Shown here one piece after another: positions 1 through 7,854 of a stretch of DNA of 64,000 nt. The first letter of the stretch is position 1. Every line of letters starts with the position of its first letter. Made by a program: the position numbers and the translations under genes. Below the pieces are notes generated by a model. The model ran no database searches. It worked only from the letters and a program-made list of their open reading frames with translations, and was not told the origin of the DNA. This DNA is from Thermoleophilaceae bacterium (GTDB lineage: Bacteria > Actinomycetota > Thermoleophilia > Solirubrobacterales > Thermoleophilaceae): contig JBBJNU010000001.1 of the NCBI GenBank assembly GCA_037721005.1, positions 782-64,781 on the forward strand, written 5' to 3'.

Positions 1-1
1 C

Positions 2-580
2 ATGGTGGCCGAGCAGACCTTCCTGAACGCCGGGCCGCTGCTGGTCAAGGCCACCGAGGGCGCGTCGGGAGCGGCGCTGGCGGGCTTCACCTTCAACGTG
101 CTGCTCATCGCCCGGGCGCCCCTCCAGCTCTTCCAGGCCGTACAGACGTCGATCCTCCCCCACCTCACCCGCCTCGGCGCGCGTGGGGAGACCGACCCCT
201 TCCGCCGCAGCGTGAACGTGACCCTCCTGGCCATCGCCGGCTTCGCCGCTGTGGTCGCTCTGGTGATGCTTGCCGTGGGGCCGGCGGTGATGGACGTGGT
301 ATTCGGAGGTGACTTCGAGTACGACCGCGCCGGCCTCTTACTCATCTCCTTGGGCATGGGCTTCTACCTGGCGGCCGCCACCCTGAACCAGGCGCTCCTC
401 GCGCGCGGGCGGGCGAGCGAGGCCTGCGGCGCCTGGCTGGCCGCCGCCGCGACCTTTGTGATCTTCCTTGTGGCGATCGATTTCGAGGACCGCGTCCTGC
501 AAGTGGAGGTGGCCTACCTGGGCGGCGCGCTGATGCTCAGCGCACTGCTGCTCGCGCTGTATCGTCGCGACCATGCCTAA
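2..580 (+). CDS. C-terminal part of a polytopic membrane protein, MOP/Wzx-type polysaccharide flippase-like (5' end outside window)
   Basis: ORF open at the window edge; multi-helix hydrophobic translation; high GC3. Family call by resemblance only. Confidence 0.5.
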   Translation: MVAEQTFLNAGPLLVKATEGASGAALAGFTFNVLLIARAPLQLFQAVQTSILPHLTRLGARGETDPFRRSVNVTLLAIAGFAAVVALVMLAVGPAVMDVVFGGDFEYDRAGLLLISLGMGFYLAAATLNQALLARGRASEACGAWLAAAATFVIFLVAIDFEDRVLQVEVAYLGGALMLSALLLALYRRDHA

Positions 581-1043
581 GCATCCCGCTGTTGGAGACG
601 AGGCCCCCGACTTCGAGCTCGAGGGCACCCACGGCGCCTTCCGGCTCTCGGAGCAGCGCGGAAAGAAGGTGCTGCTGCTCTTCTACCCGGGCGACGAGAC
701 CACGGTGTGCACGAAGCAGTTCTGCTCTTACCGCGACAACGCCGAGGCGTTCGGCTCGCTGGGGGTCACCGCCGTGGGCATCTCGGGCAAGGACCTGGAC
801 TCGAAGCGGCGCTTCGCGGAGAAGAACGACCTCGCCAACGTGCCGCTGCTCGCCGACCCCGACTTCGAGGTGGCCAAGGCCTACGACGCGTACGCCGGGC
901 TAATGAAGATGGCCAAGCGCTCAGCCATCATCGTCGACGAGCAGGGCAAGGTCGCCCACCGCCACGACCACGCGCTCGGGCTCGATTTTCAGACCGTGGC
1001 CGACCTCGAGAGAACACTGGACGAGCTGCCCGCCGCGGCGTGA
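573..1043 (+). CDS. bcp: thiol peroxidase / peroxiredoxin Bcp (AhpC/TSA family)
   Basis: Translation has APDFEL..., LLFYPGDETTVCTKQFC with a peroxidatic Cys context typical of Bcp; 156 aa. Confidence 0.85.
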   Translation: MPKHPAVGDEAPDFELEGTHGAFRLSEQRGKKVLLLFYPGDETTVCTKQFCSYRDNAEAFGSLGVTAVGISGKDLDSKRRFAEKNDLANVPLLADPDFEVAKAYDAYAGLMKMAKRSAIIVDEQGKVAHRHDHALGLDFQTVADLERTLDELPAAA

Positions 1044-1756
1044 CCGGGCTGCGGATACCGGTCCGCTTCAACGGACCTCCCGGATCGGCCAACGGTGGCT
1101 ACACGTGCGGGCTGGTGGCCGATCTGCTGGGCGGCCAGGGTCCGTGCGAGGTGAGCCTGCGAGCGCCGCCAGCGCTCGACCGCGACCTGGAGGTGGAGCG
1201 AGAGGGCCAGCGCCTCGTGGTGCGCGACGGCCCGACGGTGGTGGCGCAGGGGCGCCGAGCGGAGCTCGAGCTCGATCCAGGGCCGGCCGTCACGCCGCAG
1301 GCGGCGTCCGAAGCCTCGGCCGGCGGACTGGGTCGCTGGGCGGCAGGGCACCCGTTCCCTACCTGCGTCGTCTGCGGGCCCGACCGCGAACCGGGAGACG
1401 GGTTCGAGATATTCCCCGCGCCTATCGAGGAGGGCGCCCGGTTTGCGGCGGGCTGGGTGCCGCACGGCTCGCTGGCCGCGGACGACGAAACGGTGAGGCC
1501 GGAGTGCGTCTGGGCGGCGCTCGACTGCCCCACGAGCGCGCCGCTCGCCAACTACGGCGAGGGGCCGCCGGTCGTGCTGGCCCGTCTAACCGCTTCGCTC
1601 GACTCGCCGGTCGCTGTGGGAGAGCCGCACGCTCTCGTGTCGTGGGCGCTCGGCCGCGACGGGCGAAAGCGCGAAGCCGCCTGCGTGCTCTTCGACTCGT
1701 CCGGCCGCCCGCGGGCTCGGGCGCGAGCCCTCTGGATCGAGCTGCGCGAGTCCTGA
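1040..1756 (+). CDS. hotdog-fold (PaaI/thioesterase-like) protein
   Basis: GTG at 1040 overlaps the bcp TGA (GTGA). The N-terminal FNGPPGSANGGY motif and size fit actinobacterial hotdog-fold proteins. The longer track ORF from 707 is an out-of-frame shadow over bcp. Confidence 0.55.
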   Translation: MTGLRIPVRFNGPPGSANGGYTCGLVADLLGGQGPCEVSLRAPPALDRDLEVEREGQRLVVRDGPTVVAQGRRAELELDPGPAVTPQAASEASAGGLGRWAAGHPFPTCVVCGPDREPGDGFEIFPAPIEEGARFAAGWVPHGSLAADDETVRPECVWAALDCPTSAPLANYGEGPPVVLARLTASLDSPVAVGEPHALVSWALGRDGRKREAACVLFDSSGRPRARARALWIELRES

Positions 1757-1760
1757 CCCC

Positions 1761-1988
1761 CTAGATCGCCCTCAGCATCCAGGCGCCGCATGCGTTGCAG
1801 TGAAGGTCGGCCGTGTGTGACATGCGCGCGATCGTCATGTGGGCATGGCAGTCGGGACACTGCGATCGGATCTCGAACCGGTGTAGGCAGAAGACGCAGC
1901 GGTAGCGCCCGGGCAGGTTGGAAGGGCGCAGCCATGGCTCGCTGCACGACGGGCACTCCATGCCCAGCTCCGCCTCCCGCTCAGCCAC
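1761..1988 (-). CDS. small double zinc-ribbon protein (four CxxC pairs), function unknown
   Basis: 75-aa ORF with CPSC, CVFC, CPDC and CNAC; high GC3; its GTG start overlaps the fmt stop by 8 nt. An alternative ATG lies at 1961. Confidence 0.55.
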   Translation of the reverse strand: MAEREAELGMECPSCSEPWLRPSNLPGRYRCVFCLHRFEIRSQCPDCHAHMTIARMSHTADLHCNACGAWMLRAI

Positions 1989-2895
1989 GGCCTGCGTCCT
2001 TCACGGCCGGCCCGCGACCGCGCAGGTAGGAGCCGGCTTCCATCGGGCGACCGCCGGCCGGCTGCACCTCGATGAGCTCGAGCGCCCCCGCGCGCGCGCC
2101 GAGCAGGAGCTTTCCCTCGCGGACGTCGAGATCACCGGGTGCCGGGAAGTCCGTACCGCTGTAGAGGGTCGCCCTCCTTACTCCAAGTCGCTCACCGTCC
2201 TCCAGCTCGGCGTATACGCCGACGTGGGGGTTCAAGGCGCGAACCAGCCGCGCCAGCTCCTCAGCGGCACGGTCCGTGTCGAGTCGGCGGTCCTCGCGCT
2301 CGATCTTGGCCGCATAGGTGGCGCCGTCAACCGCTTGCGGCGTGGGCTCGTGCACGGCGTCGAGCACCTCCTCCAACAGCTCGCCGCTGATCTCGGCCAG
2401 GCGTGCGGACAGCGAGCCGTAGTCGTCGTCGGAGCGGATCGGTTCAGAGCGCTGAGCGAAAACGGGCCCGGCGTCGAGCTCGGCCACCGGGCGCATGATC
2501 GAGACGCCGGTCTCCGAGTCCCCCGCTTCGATCGCCCGTTCCACCGGCGCCGCCCCCCGCCAGCGGGGCAGCAGCGACGGATGCACGTTGATCATCGCGT
2601 GGGCCGAGAGCAGAGGCTCTCGAATCAGTGCGCCGTAGGCGCAAATCACCACAACATCCGGGGCCGCCGCGGCCACGCGTTCCCGCGACTCGGGATCGTT
2701 CACGTCCTCGGGCTGGGATACCTCGATCCCGAGGCCGCGCGCGGCCTCGACCACAGGGGGGCTCTGCAGCCGCCGGCCTCTGCCACGCTGGCGATCGGGA
2801 CGACTGAACACGACAGTTGGCCGGTGCCGTGAGCGCGCCAGACGCTCGAGAACCGTGGCGGCGAATTCCGACGTTCCCATATAGGCCGTACGCAC
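1981..2895 (-). CDS. fmt: methionyl-tRNA formyltransferase
   Basis: 304 aa. Typical Fmt N-terminus (FMGTSEFA...), HPSLLPRWRGAAP formyltransferase motif and a C-terminal tRNA-binding domain. Confidence 0.9.
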   Translation of the reverse strand: MRTAYMGTSEFAATVLERLARSRHRPTVVFSRPDRQRGRGRRLQSPPVVEAARGLGIEVSQPEDVNDPESRERVAAAAPDVVVICAYGALIREPLLSAHAMINVHPSLLPRWRGAAPVERAIEAGDSETGVSIMRPVAELDAGPVFAQRSEPIRSDDDYGSLSARLAEISGELLEEVLDAVHEPTPQAVDGATYAAKIEREDRRLDTDRAAEELARLVRALNPHVGVYAELEDGERLGVRRATLYSGTDFPAPGDLDVREGKLLLGARAGALELIEVQPAGGRPMEAGSYLRGRGPAVKDAGRG

Positions 2896-2951
2896 AGATT
2901 GAGCCTACGTGACTCAACTCGGGCACCGGTTACACCGAATAGGGTTGCCAA

Positions 2952-4028
2952 GTGGACCCCCTACGGCACGAGTCGAGGAATCTCGTGTCCGGCTACGCGC
3001 GCGGAACGGTTTACCGACGACGCATCGGCGGCGGCATGCTCATCGCGGGTGGCGCCCTTGCCTTTCTCACCCTGGCCGTGCCGCATCCGGTGGCCAACGG
3101 AGAGACGGGCGCCATCATCGTCGGGGCCGTGGCGGTGCTCATCGGGGCGGTGCTCATGTTCCGCCCCGAGTCCGTCCCCCACTCGGCCACCCCGCTCTTC
3201 GTCGCGCTCGGCACTCTGCTCATCACCCTCACCACCCGCGTGGCCGGAGTGGACGGCACCCGCGGGGCCGACAACGAGGTGCTGTATCTGATCGTGATCA
3301 TCTACGCCTTCTATTTTCTGCCGGCGAGACAGGCATACCTCCAACTGGCGTTCATCGGTGTCGCCTACGGCTATCTGCTCTTCGAAGCACTCCCCGGGGA
3401 CATCGCGCTGTCGCGGTGGGGGGTGACGCTGGGCACCCTGACCGTGGCCGGGATGCTCGTGCGGTCACTCAACGAACAGGTCGAGGGACTCATCTCTGAG
3501 CTCGATGTGAGCGCGCGGCGCGACCCGCTCACCGGCACGCTGAACCGCCGGGGCCTGGACGAGCGCCTCGGGATCGAGCTGGCCCGCGCTCGGCGCACGA
3601 GTGAGCCGCTCACCATCGTCACGGCCGACCTCGACGGCCTCAAGAACATCAACGACCGCCACGGCCACCGCGCGGGGGACGAGGCGCTCGAGCTCGCCGC
3701 CGACGTGATGGCGGGCGGCTTACGCGACGTAGACGTGCTCGCCCGCGCCGGGGGCGATGAGTTCGTGCTCCTGCTGCCCAATTGCCTACCCGAGGCGGGT
3801 CTCAAGATCGCCGAGGGGCTGCGCAAGCGCTTGAGCGAGCGCTCGGCCACCGAATCGTGGCCGGTAACGCTGAGCGTTGGCGTGGCCGGGTCCCCGCCGC
3901 TGCCGCTCGACCCCGAGCTGCTGATGACGGCCTCCGACCGTGCCCTCTACCGGGCGAAGGCCGAGGGCCGCGACCGCAGCGCTCTCGCGGGGGAGAAAGA
4001 GATGAAGGAAACGCTCGACGCGTCCTAG
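2952..4028 (+). CDS. membrane-anchored diguanylate cyclase (GGDEF domain)
   Basis: N-terminal half has about 5-6 hydrophobic helices. C-terminal half has DPLTGTLNRRG and RAGGDEFVLLLP (GGDEF active site). Confidence 0.85.
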   Translation: MDPLRHESRNLVSGYARGTVYRRRIGGGMLIAGGALAFLTLAVPHPVANGETGAIIVGAVAVLIGAVLMFRPESVPHSATPLFVALGTLLITLTTRVAGVDGTRGADNEVLYLIVIIYAFYFLPARQAYLQLAFIGVAYGYLLFEALPGDIALSRWGVTLGTLTVAGMLVRSLNEQVEGLISELDVSARRDPLTGTLNRRGLDERLGIELARARRTSEPLTIVTADLDGLKNINDRHGHRAGDEALELAADVMAGGLRDVDVLARAGGDEFVLLLPNCLPEAGLKIAEGLRKRLSERSATESWPVTLSVGVAGSPPLPLDPELLMTASDRALYRAKAEGRDRSALAGEKEMKETLDAS

Positions 4029-4193
4029 CTCGTACTCCCACAGCCCATGGGGCCGAGATGTCGTGCGAACCGACCGTGGCGCCTGGCCGCGCCGGTCCGC
4101 GTGCGCGAGCGCGAGTCCGATTACCGGTTGGACCTGCGCTGAGGGTCCAGTCACGGTAGGGTCGGCCGCGTTTCCCAAGCGGAGGAGAAAGAC

Positions 4194-5336
4194 ATGCCGA
4201 TACCCACTGAGCTCGTTGGATCACTGCCCCGGCCCGAGAAGCTCCAGAACGCCTACGAGGACCTCGACCAGGGCAAGATCACCTTCGAGGATCTGCAGAA
4301 GCTCCAGGACGAGGCCGCGAAGGACTCGATCGAGCGTCTCGAGCAGACCGGCGAGACCTACGTGACCGACGGTGAGCAGCGCGAGTCGAGCTTCGCCACC
4401 TACCCGATCACCGACACCCTGGCCGGCACCGGCCTGGCCGACAATCTCGCGGGTGATGGCCAGTTCTTCGCCATCTTCGACGACGGCCACCACCGCCAGC
4501 TGCCACGGCTCACCGGCGGCCCGTTCAAGTACAAGACGTTCGCCTCGGAGTTCGTCGAGAAGAACAAGGAGCTGGCTTCGAAGCCGGTGAAGCAGGCGGT
4601 GATCTCACCCTCGATGATGATGCTGCTCTACCCCCTCGACGAGGAGATCGAGGGCTATCCGCGCGAGCAGTTCCTGGACGACGTGTGCGACGAGGTGGAA
4701 AAGGACATCCGAGGGTGCTTCAAGGCGGGCGCCGAGCGGGTGTCGATCGACTTCACCGAAGGCCGCCTGGCGAACAAGAACGACTCCCGCAACCCGTGGA
4801 CCGGCAAGGACATGCTGCAGGAGTTCATCGACCTCAACAACCGCGTTCTCGACCGCTTCTCGCCGGAGGAGCGCAAGAACATCGGCATCCACACCTGCCC
4901 GGGCGGGGACAACGACTCGGTGCACTCCAAGGAGGTGCCCTACGAGAAGCTGCTCAACCACATGTTCGACCTCAACGCTGGCTACTTCCTCATCCAGTGC
5001 GCGAGCGAAGAGGACAAGGAAAAGGTCTACAAGCTCGTGGGTGAGAACAGCCGCGACGACGCCAACGGCGTGCCGCAGGTGTGCTTCATCGGGGTGATCA
5101 ACCCGCTGAGTCCCGACGTGGAGACCGCGGAGGAGGTCAAGGACCGTCTGGTCACGGCGGCCAAGTACATCCCGGTCGAGCGCCTCGGCGCCACCGACGA
5201 CTGCGGCTTCTCGCCGTTCAGCCGTGACCTCAAGCCGGCCCACGGCTCCCCGGACTTCGCCCGGGACGTGGCCATGCAGAAGATCTCGGCCCGGATCGAG
5301 GGGGCCCGCATGGCTTCCGAGGAGCTGGGGGTCTAA
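4194..5336 (+). CDS. single-domain cobalamin-independent methionine synthase family protein (MetE C-terminal/UROD-like, COG0620 type)
   Basis: 380 aa; N-terminal ELVGSLPRP motif; Zn-ligand contexts IHTCPGG and DDCGFSPF; strong SD GGAGGAG 7 nt upstream of the ATG. Confidence 0.8.
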   Translation: MPIPTELVGSLPRPEKLQNAYEDLDQGKITFEDLQKLQDEAAKDSIERLEQTGETYVTDGEQRESSFATYPITDTLAGTGLADNLAGDGQFFAIFDDGHHRQLPRLTGGPFKYKTFASEFVEKNKELASKPVKQAVISPSMMMLLYPLDEEIEGYPREQFLDDVCDEVEKDIRGCFKAGAERVSIDFTEGRLANKNDSRNPWTGKDMLQEFIDLNNRVLDRFSPEERKNIGIHTCPGGDNDSVHSKEVPYEKLLNHMFDLNAGYFLIQCASEEDKEKVYKLVGENSRDDANGVPQVCFIGVINPLSPDVETAEEVKDRLVTAAKYIPVERLGATDDCGFSPFSRDLKPAHGSPDFARDVAMQKISARIEGARMASEELGV

Positions 5337-5346
5337 GGCGATCAAG

Positions 5347-6786
5347 ATGGCGCCGCCGCCCGCCGGCGGCGGCGCTTCGCTGGCCCTCCCGGTGGTCTTG
5401 GTCGCGATCCTCGGGTCGGCCAACTTCCTCTGGCAGCTCGACTCCTCGAGCCTGTTCATCGACGAGGCGCTGAGCTGGGACGCGGCCGACGGCACCTTCC
5501 CCGAGGTCCTCGCGGGGGTTCGCGCCACGGAGATCTCGCCCCCTGCGCACTACTACGGCCTATGGGCCTGGATCAAGGCCTTCGGCGCCGACGAATGGGT
5601 CATCCGCCTGCCGTCGGCTGTAGCGGGAACGTGCCTGGTGCTCGTGGTGTTCAGGCTCGGAAGCCTCGTGTTCGGCCCCCGCGCCGGTCTGTTCTCGGCG
5701 CTGCTCACGGCGCTCAGCCCCCTGGTGCTCACCTACGCCCAGCAGGCGCGGGCCTACGTGTTCGCCATGCTGCTCGTGGGGGTCGCCGCGCTCGCGCTGC
5801 TCGAGGCCCGGCGTGCCGGCGCCGTGCGCACGCGCGCCACGTGGCTCGTGGCCGCCGGTGTGGCGGCCGTGGTTGGGTTCTGGACCCATTACACCGCGGC
5901 CCTGGTGCTCGCGCCGATGCTGGCGTGGGCATGCGCAGGCAAAGGCTTCGGCAACCGGGCGAAGGTCGCGCTGGTCAGCGCCGTCGTGCTGAGCTGGGTG
6001 GCGTCGCTGCCCCTCCTTCGCGAGCAGCTTTCACACGATCACCAGCAGGGGATCGCAGCGGGAGCCACGCTGACGGTGCAACACGTGGTGAGCGCCATCG
6101 CGACGCCGTTCGACGGCCGTCTCGGACAGACAACCGTGTGGGTGGCGGCGGGAGCTGCGTTGATCGCGCTCTCGCTCTTGCTGGCGCTCGCATCCAGACC
6201 TGCGGGAAGCCGCCGGGGAGCCATGTTGGTCGCCTCCGCGGCGGTGACCCCCGTTCTCGCCGTGATCGCGATCACAGCGCTCTCCGATGACGTGCTGCTC
6301 ACGCGCTACACGGCAGTCGCCACGCCGTTCATGCTCCTCCTGGCCGGCGGAGCCGTCGTGGGCGCTCCCCGCGCGCTTGGGGTCGCGGTGGGGTGCGCGG
6401 CCGTGGCGTGCGCCATCGCAACCACGGTGCTCAACCACGGGAGCGGATCGTTCTACCCCGATGTACGCGCGGCCTACGCAGAGATCGCGGCCGGCTACCG
6501 CCCCGGCGACGCGATCACGGTGTCAGGGTACGCCTCAATCGGGCCGGTCTCGGAGTACTACCGGGGACAGCTCGTGCCGCAGGCACCCAGCGCACTGCTT
6601 CCGGGCATGGAGGCCCAGACCGGCGAGGTGATCCGCGAGCGGCGGCGAGTGTGGATCCTTTCCTCGAGCGTCGCGGAGCTCCCGGTGCTGCGCCGAGCGC
6701 TGGCGCCGCTCGGCTACCGCCCCGAGCGAGTGGCGACGCTCGAGGCCAACGGCGACCTCCAAGTCGTGCTGGCGGTGCCGCGTTGA
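5347..6786 (+). CDS. integral-membrane glycosyltransferase, GT39/ArnT (PMT)-like
   Basis: ATG at 5347, 11 nt after the preceding stop. About 10 or more hydrophobic helices followed by a soluble C-terminal domain. The track ORF starting at 5224 overlaps the previous gene out of frame. Confidence 0.6.
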   Translation: MAPPPAGGGASLALPVVLVAILGSANFLWQLDSSSLFIDEALSWDAADGTFPEVLAGVRATEISPPAHYYGLWAWIKAFGADEWVIRLPSAVAGTCLVLVVFRLGSLVFGPRAGLFSALLTALSPLVLTYAQQARAYVFAMLLVGVAALALLEARRAGAVRTRATWLVAAGVAAVVGFWTHYTAALVLAPMLAWACAGKGFGNRAKVALVSAVVLSWVASLPLLREQLSHDHQQGIAAGATLTVQHVVSAIATPFDGRLGQTTVWVAAGAALIALSLLLALASRPAGSRRGAMLVASAAVTPVLAVIAITALSDDVLLTRYTAVATPFMLLLAGGAVVGAPRALGVAVGCAAVACAIATTVLNHGSGSFYPDVRAAYAEIAAGYRPGDAITVSGYASIGPVSEYYRGQLVPQAPSALLPGMEAQTGEVIRERRRVWILSSSVAELPVLRRALAPLGYRPERVATLEANGDLQVVLAVPR

Positions 6787-6826
6787 GGTGCCGTAGGGAC
6801 ACCGCCGGTTCCATGCCGTGCGAAAG

Positions 6827-6850
6827 CTTCGAGGTTGGGGGGCCTCGAAG
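6827..6850 (+). terminator. hairpin CTTCGAGG-N8-CCTCGAAG about 40 nt after the GT39 stop (no U-tract)
   Basis: Perfect 8-bp inverted repeat read directly, followed by a second TTGGGGGG run. Confidence 0.3.
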
Positions 6851-7022
6851 TTGGGGGGCGCGAAAGGAGCGACGCCCGGAAAGCCGCCACGAACGCCTGA
6901 CGAGCCGGGGCAAGCTGGGCGTCTAGACGACCGCCGCGAGGGCGCCGCCGCCAGCGGTGGGCGGCGCCGGGCCGCCGCGGTCCTCACCGCGACGGAGGCT
7001 CACCGGGTGGAGCCGGCTCGCA

Positions 7023-7349
7023 TCATCGGCTCGACAGCGTCCTGGCCGCAGCCTGGCGAGCGGTGAGGTCGCCGTTGGCGACCTTGTGGGCGATCGTGTC
7101 GGGGGAGCCGGCACCGTCACGGGTGCGCATTGCGGCCTGCTCCGGGGTGACGCCCATGTCGGCCAGGGCCCTGGCCGCCGCGGCGTCAAAGCACCGAGCG
7201 GTGAGCCACCTGGCCGTGATCGCATCGTCGAACCCTGCGCTCGTCCACGCCCGAGCGGCGGCTTCGGCATCGCCGTCCAAGTCTGCAAGCGCGCCGTACT
7301 CCTTGATGGTCATGACGCTCGTCCTGGCTGCCGGCTCGTGGACCTCCAT
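7023..7349 (-). CDS. hypothetical small Ala-rich protein (start 7349 or ATG 7313)
   Basis: High-GC3 ORF immediately downstream of the DUF2795 gene on the same strand. No recognisable domain. Confidence 0.4.
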   Translation of the reverse strand: MEVHEPAARTSVMTIKEYGALADLDGDAEAAARAWTSAGFDDAITARWLTARCFDAAAARALADMGVTPEQAAMRTRDGAGSPDTIAHKVANGDLTARQAAARTLSSR

Positions 7350-7359
7350 CGCTCAGCGC

Positions 7360-7554
7360 TCAGGCGGCCATCCAAAGGGCCTGATGAACGTCGCTGGGGG
7401 CCACGAACCGTCCGACGGGGGCCGCGCTGACCGTCTGGAGCACGTCGTCCGGGGCGCCGTTTGCCTCCATCGCCTCGAGAAGCTCCTTCTTGGTGACCGG
7501 CCAGGTGACGCCGTGCACGTACTTCGAACTAACTTCGAGGGGTGTCTCCCTCAT
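7360..7554 (-). CDS. DUF2795-family small protein
   Basis: 64-aa ORF from ATG 7554: MRETPLEVSSKYVHGVTWPVTKKELLEAMEANGAPDDVL..., which matches the DUF2795 pattern. The rest of track ORF 7360..8082 is shadow. Confidence 0.6.
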   Translation of the reverse strand: MRETPLEVSSKYVHGVTWPVTKKELLEAMEANGAPDDVLQTVSAAPVGRFVAPSDVHQALWMAA

Positions 7555-7610
7555 GGCTTCTCCTTCTATGGGGGTGTCGGTCCGAGGGTACCCTGCCCGG
7601 ACGAGCCCTA

Positions 7611-7719
7611 CTCGTAGGCCTCGAAGTTGCCCTCGAACCAGCGCCCCTGCGACTCGCCCTCGAAGGCCAGAACGTGCGTGCACACCCGGTCGAGGAACCA
7701 GCGATCGTGCGATATCACC
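7611..7719. repeat. 109-bp direct copy of an internal 3'-proximal fragment of ettA (source 9344..9452)
   Basis: Hand alignment gives 104/109 identical in the same orientation. It is non-coding here and lacks both gene ends. Confidence 0.85.
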
Positions 7720-7805
7720 GGCCCGGATCGAGGGAGCCCGCATGCCTCGGAGGAGCTGGGGGTTTAGGCCACTGAAAGCGGGCGCCGCCGCCTCCCGGCG
7801 GCGCG
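7720..7805. repeat. degenerate direct copy of the MetE-homologue 3' end plus following intergenic and GT39 start region (source about 5287..5375)
   Basis: Hand alignment gives roughly 75-80 % identity with small indels. The first 45 nt or so are near-identical (cggcccggatcgaggg.gcccgcatg...gaggagctgggggt). The reading frame and the GT39 ATG are destroyed. Confidence 0.7.
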
Positions 7806-7854
7806 CCTGGGGCGCGAGGGGTGGCCACGGTCGCCCCTCTACCATCCCGCCCCG

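Noticed and set aside
4194-5336. Horizontal transfer of the MetE homologue, inferred from its Lys-rich composition.
   Set aside because: Other conserved soluble proteins in the window, such as EttA, are similarly Lys-containing. I cannot compute GC or codon bias reliably by eye, so the claim is unsupported.
6841-6853. 13-nt identity ggcctcgaagttg with the ettA-fragment copy at 7617..7629, as a further duplication remnant.
   Set aside because: Exact 13-mers shared by chance are expected many times in all-versus-all comparison of a 64-kb GC-biased sequence, and the flanks do not align.
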